Source: Phoronis australis (Eukaryota > Animalia > Phoronida). From it: DNA of 64,000 bases. Of the stretch, positions 54,401 to 64,000 are shown one piece after another. The stretch lies in the NCBI GenBank assembly GCA_002633005.1, contig NMRA01000127.1:701946-765945 (forward strand). The letters run 5' to 3'. The notes under the pieces are model-generated. The model had not been told where the DNA came from. It saw nothing but the letters and a program-made list of their open reading frames with translations, and did no database searches. The stretch's first letter is position 1; each line of letters begins with the position of its first letter. The position numbers and the translations under genes are program-made.

Positions 54401-54909
54401 CCAGTCTCAACAAAAATTAATGTTTATTGCTCCTATGCCCCAAAGGATTAATGAATACTGAAAAGATGTGTTGCCCCTATTGGCACACACTGACACTACA
54501 CTGAGTGCAGTGCAACACAAGAGCCAGGTCCAGTGGTTTTATGATACAGATAACGATCAGAATTTTGATTGAATAAACGATGTATTAATCCACAGGAATT
54601 TGGTCAAACTCAGAATCCTGGCAAATTCGTGTCCCAATGCAAAAATTTTTCATGGTAACAATTTGCTGGAAAAACACTCAGGATTAATTCGACCAATTTT
54701 CGTATGGGAATGGTACTGTTGACATTCAGCTTTTGGTCTCGATAGCATTTTGCCTCAAATTAGGTAATCATAAAAGATCTTAAGTCTGAAGTCATCCCAA
54801 GAAACAGAAGCCAACCTACTTGCGTATGAGTGATTCATTAATTAGATATTTTTAATTGATAAGACATGTTCATTTTGAGAAACAATTCCAGATGCTGAGT
54901 ACAAGATAG

Positions 54910-55675
54910 GTGCCATCCATACTATGAGTTATACTCCTGAAGGAGATATAATTGGGTTTATGTGGTAGTATGGACTACTTGCTCCAATGTAACTTGACAC
55001 ACATGTGACAACTTACCCCACCTTGTCCAGGTTGGTTAACTTGCCCTAGCTCAAGTTCGTATTAAGTGCTGCCCACACACAGATTTGCCCTAAAACAAGT
55101 TATTCCTGGAAAAAGTTGTCGCTAGGTTTGAGTGCTATGTAGATGCTACTTAAACTTACGCAACTTATCCCACTTGTGAGAAATTACTTCGAATTATCGA
55201 GGTGGATGACTGGTTCTAGAGTAACGTGCGCCACTTATAATCGCTGTGTGGCTGCAAAAGTGAGGTAGGGCCGAAGTAATTGTCAGCTGCAGTAACATAC
55301 AGGTGGGTTTTCTCTTGTGCACCGTATTGGCATTGTCATGCACAGAGCGACAACTTCGGCCTCACCGTATCTTTGTGTGCGGATGCTCCACTTAAATGTG
55401 GGGCAAGTTGCAAAAGTTGTTCTAGGTTAAGTTGTGTGTGGACAGGACTTTATAGGTATACTAAACAGTAGACATGACTGGAGTAAGTATAAGCTGTGCT
55501 CAATTACATATATATTAGGGTGTCATGTGGTGCAAGGTGAAATGTGTTTAGTGTGGACTCAGCTGAACGAGAGCTAGTTGTTCTGAGGCAAGTTACACTG
55601 GGGCAATTTACACTGCCCAGGGCAAGTTGCTCAGGAGCAAGTTGTTCTTGAGCAACTCATAAGTGTGGATATGGT
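54910..55675. mobile_element. Outer, older MITE (ATCCA(C/T)ACT(T)ATGAGTT termini) containing the 55065 insertion
   Basis: Left ATCCATACTATGAGTT versus right AACTCATAAGTGTGGAT; AACTTG motifs on the left arm and CAAGTT motifs on the right arm. Boundaries approximate. Confidence 0.55.
55065..55449. mobile_element. Harbinger-type MITE with TTA TSD, nested within an older MITE
   Basis: TTA|AGTGCTGCCCACACACAGATTTGCCCTAAAACAA ... TTGTTCTAGGTTAAGTTGTGTGTGGACAGGACT|TTA. Confidence 0.7.
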
Positions 55676-56479
55676 TTTACACTAGCTATTTCAGAGGGAT
55701 AATAATCATTCCTGTTCTGCTGTTTCAATTAAGTTTTATCTGTGCGTGTAAATTTATTGATTTCCGAGGAAAATCTTGTCGTCTAGAATGAGCTGTAAGT
55801 TATAAGAGTGTATGGTTTTGAAAAAAAATCGATGAAATATATTTCCCATTATCATTTGTGCAGAAGTTCATTCAATCAATTTTACGTTTGAAGATGTGAT
55901 TGCCTTAAGTTTCCTAGTAAGTCACATAGTTCTAAATGTCAATAACCTTAACCTGGATGTCAGAAAATCCATGCATTATGCTCTGCATTAAATATGTGCT
56001 TTTGTTTTAAAGGAGAAATGTTGCTCCTGGAGTCCTGTGTCTGATATTTGTCTGGTTCTCAAAGCCCCCTTGCAGTACCTTTGTTGACGTTTTTGGAACC
56101 CTTATTAATACAGCGAGTTGGTTCTCCTAATTTCATGTGGTACGTGATAATAAATGGGTGGAATGGAGTTCATTGATCGCTTGATTGGGAAGACTTAATG
56201 CTGCTGATTGGATTTATTCTTGGTTAAAATTTGCAATTTTGACTTGTGTTAATTAGCCTAAACATTTGGGTCAACGTCCTTGGCACTTAAAGTGGGGGTG
56301 GTAGGCCCTTAGCCCACACGAGCGCTTTTAAATCTTCTACAGAGAAAATTGTGGAAAAGAAATTTCACCTGTCAGCTATACTGTGTCCTAAATTGATGAG
56401 ATTTTTTTGTAGTCAGGAGTCTGTTGTATCGCGGTGACGAAAGTGCAGAAGCTAACCAGTTGTGTTGAATTTGTTGCAG

Positions 56480-56641
56480 GACCCTCGCTTCAATAAAGAT
56501 GTGGACATAAAAACTGGCTACAAGACGCGCAGTATCCTCAGTATGCCCATCAGGGACAGTAACGGAGATGTGGTGGGCGTGGCGCAGGCCATCAACAAGA
56601 TCAGCATACAACACGAGCCATTTGACGAAAAAGATGAAAAA
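56480..56641 (+). CDS. PDE11: Coding exon of a dual-GAF cyclic-nucleotide phosphodiesterase (PDE5/PDE11 group); C-terminal half of GAF-A
   Basis: ttgttgcAG acceptor, GTgaga donor, 162 nt, phase 0. Translates to [54 protein letters not shown], matching the PDE5A/PDE11A GAF-A signature (DxRFN..D..TGYKT.S.L.MPI...[10 protein letters not shown]...F...DE, the NKxnFxxxDE motif). PDE5 versus PDE11 orthology is not resolved. Confidence 0.96.
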
Positions 56642-57314
56642 GTGAGAATACAGTGGAGTGCGTGTTTGAAGCGACATTTTCGTTACCAAATTCTTTCTTA
56701 AAAGGGAATTTGGTTACCATGGTTACCCTGTATTAAAACACAAATATGTACCAGGTTACTCAAGTACAAAAATGTGTCCCAAACCTTTCTATACCATCAT
56801 TCCGCAAAGTCGTTCATTTTGATAGGATGAGCTTTCCTTAAATCCAAATATGGCTGTTTCATACAAATGAAGAGGAGATCAAAATCGTTCTGATGTCAGA
56901 AACCAATTGCAACTGAGTCGAGGAAACTATAGGTTAATTTCTTATGCATCTGCACATTTCTTGATTTTCGTCTCTTGGTCTCGTCTCCGAACTCAAGACT
57001 TGAAATTTAGCAAGCATGATTCGAGTACAAGTTTTAAGTTTACTAAAGGCATGCCTTACAAAAACCATTTTCCCATATTAAGGTGACATGATTAAATGCA
57101 TGTTTTTTTTTAGCTTGACCCCTCTTGAAATTGGGTCAAACAAAAGATGGTCTTGTATTCAAATAACGTTAAAGAATTGTATGTAGAATGTTTCCTATTG
57201 GTCAATTTTGTAGTTGAGTTTCGAGTACGGAGATTAGACATCAGGGCCCAGGTATTGGATAGTGAGGAAATGCCAGTTCAATGGTGAGTCACTTGTGTCT
57301 GATTTCTGTTTCAG

Positions 57315-57404
57315 GTATTTTCATCCTACCTAGCCTTTTGTGGAATTGGTCTTCGGAATGCGCAGCTGTATGAGGAGTCCAGGTTGGAAAATAAACGTAA
57401 CCAG
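57315..57404 (+). CDS. PDE11: Coding exon of the same PDE5/PDE11-like gene; end of GAF-A and GAF-A/GAF-B linker helix
   Basis: tttctgtttcAG acceptor, GTgatt donor, 90 nt, phase 0. Translates to [30 protein letters not shown], close to PDE5A ([26 protein letters not shown]) and insect Pde11 as recalled. Not in the ORF track; continues the previous exon in frame. Confidence 0.95.
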
Positions 57405-60400
57405 GTGATTGTTGCCCTGAATCGTTCTTTGGAACAAATTATTGTTGGATTTTTGTAATAATGATATTCAGAATTTGCATTTAACATTACAATTGTTGTT
57501 CAACGCCTTGTTATGCCTTTGCTATCCTCTAGTGTTAATACTTGGGCTTGTTATTCGGGAGCTCCAAAAACGAATTTGGGATTACTTACAATGCTACTCA
57601 TGTTCGGTGAGCTTCTGCAAGTATTTGTGCATAAGACTGGCACGTGTCATGCACTGTTGAGATCTGTTATCCAAGACAGCCTTGCACTAGCCATTCTTGC
57701 GAGTGAGAGAAAACGTCAGTTTGATTTGACGTAAAGTTACGAGTAAGAGGGCTGAGCTTGGACTTGTGCATGTTGGGTTAAAGGCGAGAATGAACGGAAA
57801 ATTGGAGTGGGTTGATACCAGGATGGATGCAAGTGCTAGTATTTTTGGTTTATGTGCTTTAATGTTAACTCACAAATGACTGGAATCTGAAAGTACTGAA
57901 TTCTTTAAGTTAAAACAAGCTGAAGAATGGATTTTAACAAGGATCACTACATTGTAGGTATCTGTATTGTCTGACCAGGTAGCGTGCATTATGATATATA
58001 TGAACCACCCTAATGCATGCTTAGACTTCCAGCTTTTATGTGGGCAGAAAAAATAGTAGCTCTGTGTTCTGAAGGTTACCCAACCCCCTGTATCATGTCC
58101 ACCTACACATAATACAGCTAGTTCTTGTCCCAAGATTTCTAGAGGAATTTTGTACCGCTAAGTTTCACATGTAGTTAGACCTCCCAGCTTGGTCTTTATT
58201 GACACTGATGCATGCCAAGGTGTGAGGGTCAAAGGTCACACAAACTACAAAGGGTCCAAGTGGTAACTCAACATTTGTGTAAACGTAACACCTGGCTGCC
58301 AGTCGTCTAGGAGAGTCTTATTTCATGCTACCTGTCTTTTTAGTTTATGTACGGTACGCGAGACTCGAATCGTGTTATTGATCTTCTAAAGAGGGTGGAA
58401 CGTGCACTGCTGTTGATTTTGATGAACATACATTGATTTTTAATTTGATGCCCAATCTAATGCTGTCTTATTTTTGAATAGTGTTAAATGATCCACCTGA
58501 ATTCATTCAGCAGTTGAATACATATTTTTTAAATCGATTTTGAAATTCTTCACGTCTGGCAAAATCATACTTTGTTGAAGCATTTCACGCCCCCCATGAT
58601 TCTTGTAATTATTTTATTGTTTACTATCCGCCAAACAGAATCAAATATTTCAGACCTCTTTCCAGGCATATTTAAAGCTGTATTTCCCCTTGTTGAGTTG
58701 GGTGCAAATGAATATGGCAGTAGACCTTTTATTCTCATAGAATCGGTCTGACTCGTGATATATGTTACTGTGAAATAGTTCTATTTCTGTTACTAATGTG
58801 AACATTGAAACCATCATCGAACACTTCACACTTTATTGGGGTTGGGCAACCCTAAAATTGAAAACTCAAAAAAGGCACACGTACGTACACATTTGTCACT
58901 TGAGTTGGCAACAGAAATGGAATCCTGTCACAGTAAGGAATATTAGGAAACTGATTTTACAACAGTAAAATGCCTTATTCAGTTTTCGTTTTTAGCTACC
59001 TAAACGTGGAGAAATGCGGTTTTAACTCTTAGATAAAATGCATGAGCTCCGTTTGATTTTCAGATCTGTTCATACACTCACTTCTCAATTCATAAGTCAC
59101 CACTATTTGTAACAAAACCTTTATGATTACGGTAATCTGCCATTGAAAAATGAAAATATGGCAATTTTGGCAATTATTTTCGTGCAAATTAATTGGAGAA
59201 TTACTATGGGTTATGTCTGCGAACACCCCAAAGTGTTGAATTTTCATTTTAGTATTTCGTAAGACTTCCGCATACTTGTGTTTTTCACAAGAAAATTTGC
59301 TTTTCAATCTATGCTGGGAAGCGTGATGCTACATTAAGTCTCATCACTAGCAGCCGTGTGCGTTTCCTTGGAAACTGGACATATCCGTAAATGAGATTTA
59401 ATTATTTTTCAGAAATTGTATGGAATGTTACTTGAAGACCAAATTTATTACTTAACTCTAATAAGTCTCTTTTCATGAAGCCAGACCCCAGGTCTTGGAC
59501 TCTTACAACATCATAGAATTAAGGGAAAGCCAATGTTCCCTGACATTTCACTTAAAAAAAATGGTTACTTGAGGCATATGTCAGTATTTTGATTAGTATT
59601 CCCCTGGCACTCGTTAACTATGCATGTGGTATTAGTCAATTGACAACTAGTTCAAGGCCTAACTGCCATGTTTTGTGTAGTTCATTTTACTGAGCGAGCA
59701 GATTGTCTGACTCGGTCAGAGTAAGATCATTACTAATAGTGAAATGTAATTCCTCCAAACCATATTTTTTCTTGGTTTCTTTGTTTGCACACATTTTTTG
59801 CCCAGTTGACATGATGATACTTGCACACTACATGAATCTTGCGCGAGTCCTATTGTTTTTTGTCATAATCAATATGGCGGACATGGTGGCCATTTTGTCA
59901 TGATACTTGATTGCTTCTGAAAGCTGCATTTTTCATCACATGGCACTCTAAATTGGCAGGTATATAAAGCCACGCTCATGCGCTATTGAAATGCTAAGTT
60001 TCAACCTCTTTTGCTTTCCAAGATAGCGAATATTGCAACCTCTGTATTGGGTTGCCTCAATTTTTCCCCAAGTACATTTTTTCGGAGAGAGTTCTCAAAA
60101 TGTACACAATTTTAGTTTGGTAATTTTTTCCTAATGATTATGTGCATTTGATGAATTTCACACCAAGTTTTTATTCAATATGATAGCTCTGGCCAACATT
60201 TTCAATTTTTTATTTGACCTGGAAGCATCTCATGAACTGATTGAACAAACAGTAGGAATGTTTATTGATGAATTCTCTATGACACGCTCTACTGAATGAA
60301 CTGTAACAGCTCTTCTCTAGATGTTTGAATTTTTTATTAAAAAAGCAAAACAATATGTGAATATTTTTGAAACTCATTATTTAAATAGAAATTGAGACAA

Positions 60401-60847
60401 GCTTTCAGAATAATGTTTTTTATTTGATTTTCGTTCTTATATTATTCAAGAGTTTTGTGACAGCTTTGATACCTCTGGTGCGCTGGTAGTTCTATATATA
60501 GCGACATCTACTACAGTGTCAGAATAAGTCCAAATGCATTTCTTGCTTGATTGACCGGAAGTTTGCATGTATCACTGTCATCTCAGCACCTTTAAGCCTT
60601 CATTTTTGTTTTGATCAGATCCACGTGTGTCATTACCAAAACTTGCAGTTCAGTTGCTGGGACATTGCTGTGAGATACTGACTGACCTAGTACACCTGTC
60701 GTGTTGGCCACCAAAAGTCGATATAGAGACCTGCCAATAGAAACTGGTGTTTAAAAATGTATATAGTGTGTGTGAATTTCCTCTTTTTGTGGATTTAACT
60801 CCATAACGAAATTCTTCTGGGATTGAATTTGATTATGCCCAGGTGAC

Positions 60848-60915
60848 CTCTGCTGGTCAAGTGGTTAGGCTATGAGATTGCTATTTCGAGACCAGCATAC
60901 GAATCACAGCAGGAT
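60848..60915 (+). mobile_element. Degenerate tRNA-derived SINE head
   Basis: A-box-like TGGTCAAGTGG and decayed B-box-like ATACGAATC with a possible CTGCTG/CAGCAG acceptor stem. Similar decayed heads on minus near 4020 and 34590. Confidence 0.35.
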
Positions 60916-61514
60916 CTATGTTTGTTCATAAGTTTGAATTGAAAATGAATGATCTCAGTGACTGCTTGTTGGTGTCACAGGTGGTCGTTGAAAAGGTTGC
61001 TTCACTCACAGCAATTTTGTAAGACCTCGAAAATGAAAAATGGTAATTTAGACACTTATTTTTGCCTAAAATGATATTTTGCCGCACTATGTTGGTTAGT
61101 TATTTCTCCTGGAATTCCACTTGGTACTCGCAAACTGAATGTATTCTTGGTTGTGATTACAATGATATGACAATTTCGCTCTGGAGGAGTTGAATCTGTG
61201 ATAAAGTAGCCCTGCATAAAAAACTCTCTTAAGAACTGTCAGTTTGTTATTGGTTGAGACCAAGCTCTTCAAGTTGGCTTGTCACGTCACTGCATGTCTG
61301 TTAACACGTTGAGTGTGGTCCATAGCAATAGCCAACTTTCAGTTCTTCCCAATTGCCCAAAAACTCACTTCTCATCTGCATAAGAAACAAGTTGAGATGA
61401 CTTTTACAATGGCATGTGGTCTGTCTAAAAAGAGACTTGGGATTTTTGATGAAATGCTGGTTAAGAGTAGCTTAAACCCACATTTTTGTAATTGGACGCG
61501 TTCTCTTTTCCAAG

Positions 61515-61652
61515 GTGCTCTTGGACCTGGCCCGTATTATTTTTGAGGAGCAGAGCAGCGTGGCCAGCCTTATCCACAAGATTATGACGCACACCCAATC
61601 ATTGTTACAGTGTGAGCGTTGCCAAGTGCTGCTCGTGCATGAGTCAACTAAG
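61515..61652 (+). CDS. PDE11: Coding exon of the same PDE5/PDE11-like gene; N-terminal part of GAF-B
   Basis: Polypyrimidine tract ttctcttttccaAG acceptor, GTAAGT donor, 138 nt, phase 0. Translates to VLLDLARIIFEEQSSVASLIHKIMTHTQSLLQCERCQVLLVHESTK (VLLDLA..IFEEQ and LL.CERC.VLL are GAF-B hallmarks of PDE5/PDE11). In frame with the previous exon. Confidence 0.95.
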
Positions 61653-62404
61653 GTAAGTCACATCGACCTTTGACCTCCGACACAGATGGATGTGGTTCAG
61701 TGGAGGTCATAGTTAAGACCGGTCGCCAGAGTTGGGTGGTCTTGTTGGTTTTCGTCCGGTTTTTGTTCCGTCTTCGATCGTCCAGTTGACCCAACGCATG
61801 GCAAAATGTAGCTGGTGATGCCAAGTCTGCTTAACTTTTATCACCATGCAACACATATGTCATGGAGTAGTAACTATGTGTGCTATTCTGTTTGGTTCAA
61901 AGCCCGTTCGTAAGTATTTTTATGTTTGTACACTCAGTTACTTGAGCACTGAATTCATCTCTTGAGCATTACCGGCTTACATCTGTAGGCCGGTCTTCAA
62001 TGTAGGTGACGAGTCAATTCAAGGAGCTATTTTTTGTGTATGTTTAAGAGTGTGCCTGACCTGACACCACTGCATAGTCGTGACTGACTGACGGTTATGA
62101 AAAGCGTCAAGTTTTGCTAATTGGTTTGTAGATGACTATTGATTATGCACTAAATGTACACCTTTTGCTCTCAGTCATAAGTGCCACTATCAGCACTGTC
62201 GTCGTGATCTGAATTATGACATCGTGATTTCCTATTTAATGAAATATCAGCATCTTGGAAATTCTCTCAAATCTGGTGTTAACCTCATGCCCTCAGTTTT
62301 GGTAACATTAATCTTGTGAGGTCAACAGCCATGATAGTACCAACGTTGTCTGGTGACAGTCATGTTATAGAACTTAAAAATTACAAAGAATTTATTTGGT
62401 AATA

Positions 62405-62804
62405 CCATAGACTGTAGTACGTGGACCACCAACTCCGTATATTTGCAATAGATGAAATCTGTGATCGTACTCATAAGCCGTGATGTCACTATTCAATAGC
62501 GACACCTGGCAAAATTAAGCAAGTTTTATTTCTGGCTAGTATGTCGTCATGGTCGGCTGTCGTGTGGTCGGGTTGCCTTAAGTACTCACAATACCAACAG
62601 TTCTACTATTGGAAGACATTGAACAGCATTTCAATGCCGAAATTATTTGTTTTTCGTTGTACTGGACAGTAAAATAGATGCGAGAATTTCCCATCACAAT
62701 ACACTAACTGTAAACTGAAATGGTAATTTAGGAGAGTTGCGCTTCCTCTAGGATACTACGCAAGAAAATGTCGGAGTTGTGAATCTGTTGTCTATAATCT
62801 ATGG
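62405..62804. mobile_element. 400-bp MITE with CCATAGA termini
   Basis: CCATAGACTGTAG / CTATAATCTATGG; TAATA immediately outside both ends (62400-62404, 62805-62809). Confidence 0.7.
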
Positions 62805-63696
62805 TAATACTTAATTTTCATGAAAACATTAGTAAAAGTTAGCAACAATCCTATTTTCAAAAAAGTCTCATTCAACACATCGCTTGACTTTTTTAGGTTT
62901 AATTGCAAATTTTTCATATTTTCGCACTATCTATCGTCAGGGTTCAGAAATGGTAACAGTTGTCATAAAGACATGACAACGTAATAAACAATCCGCATGA
63001 TAAAAGAAAGTTATATTCTATTGGGAGATATTTACACAGTGCTTAGCTCATCATAGACCATCTAAAGACTGTAAGCATAATTCCCACTTATCTCAACAAC
63101 AGAAAGAAATGAAACACATACAGTGAGTGGAATAAGCACAGAAGGCATGTCAAAGGTCAAATGTCCCTTGACGATAGACAGGCAGTGGGACAATATGGAA
63201 AGCTGGTGATTAAAGTAGAAAAGTCTAAGTCAAGGTGTGTGTTCAATGAGACTATGATAATGTTGAAAATGAAATTTTAGTTTTCCTGAGTTGGTGATGT
63301 TTTACTATAGCTGTGATAACAGTAACAGTAAGTAATACACTGTTATTTGCATAACAGTTTACTATATTTTACAATTTATGACAGGTGCATTACATTATGT
63401 AATTTTCCATGCAATTTACGATTTAAGCATGATTATGTGAAATTTCATCTCATATCCCAAATTTAAAATTCTCTTCAAAATTGAATTTCATATCAACATT
63501 TCTTGAATATCCCCAAACTTCATGTCTTTTTTAATAAACCCATTTCTTTGGGAATCACTTGGGCCACTTTTATCAAACCAACTCAACATTCTGTTCCTCC
63601 GCTCACCTTTGCACTTTGAGTTGTTCAAAAATTCATCAAAAATTTTTACTCAAAGTCAAAACTTTCTTCTTAGTGAGCCTGTTTCAACATGACACT

Positions 63697-64000
63697 TACC
63701 GTAAACGTTCGGGTTAACGCCCTGGGCGGTTAAATTGGCAAACCCAAAAAATCAGGGGTGGGCGGTTAACCAGACATGGGCGCTTAAACGTGAAATTTCA
63801 AGAAATCCAGTGTGGGCGGTTAACGGAACATGGGCGCTTATTACAACAGGCAACCGCCCTGGGCGGTTAATCTTACCTCGTACTCGGAACGCGTAGCACT
63901 TTTCAAAGAGCGTTATCGTCACGTCGCCACATGACGGGAAAAATGTCATAACAGCGGATGATCCCAACAAAGATTCTCTTGCCCTCAGATTAGTTATTCA
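63697..64000. mobile_element. Second copy (left end, cut by window edge) of the Tc2/pogo-like element at 42487
   Basis: TACCGTAAACGTTCGGG terminus; near-identical to 42487-42814 apart from a few substitutions and a 24-bp indel (GATCTAAGTCCCCACACCACACAC present only in the first copy). Confidence 0.92.

Larger units (their letters stand above)
1..56479 (+). other. Probable single large intron of the PDE gene (more than 56 kb)
   Basis: The exon at 56480 begins mid-GAF-A. The expected preceding exon (..WG.GI.G.VA..GE..NI.DAY) was not found on + by eye. The region is repeat-rich with no long ORFs. Confidence 0.65.

Noticed and set aside
56372-56689. 105-aa minus-strand ORF
   Set aside because: Antisense to the real PDE exon; no independent support.
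56462-56701. ORF-track boundaries as a stand-alone 79-aa gene
   Set aside because: Homology is confined to 56480-56641 between AG and GT; the flanking codons are intronic.
60848-60915. Functional tRNA gene
   Set aside because: The B box is decayed and there is no convincing cloverleaf; at most a SINE remnant.

Overview
AT-rich eukaryotic (invertebrate metazoan-type) genomic DNA, not prokaryotic; almost all ORFs in the supplied track are spurious. The window lies inside one + strand host gene, a dual-GAF cyclic-nucleotide phosphodiesterase of the PDE5/PDE11 group. Three phase-0 exons (56480-56641, 57315-57404, 61515-61652) splice in frame and encode the end of GAF-A, the linker helix and the start of GAF-B. 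I found no upstream exon by eye, so bases 1-56479 appear to be one very large intron. The intronic DNA is dense with transposon remnants: (i) a 2.75-kb decayed hAT element with a PRKRIR/THAP12-type transposase fragment and a 5-bp rather than 8-bp TSD; (ii) two near-identical copies of a Tc2/pogo-like TA-flanked element with periodic GGGCG(G/C)TTAA arrays; (iii) a 5'-truncated L1/Tx1 LINE with a short 5' inversion; (iv) a Penelope-like remnant carrying a hammerhead-ribozyme-like core; (v) many PIF/Harbinger-type and other MITEs, some in inverted pairs and one nested; (vi) several minisatellites. A 794-bp direct duplication around a single N at 21113 is most likely an assembly artefact. I see no convincing novel multi-gene system; the most interesting signals are the transposon and ribozyme oddities.
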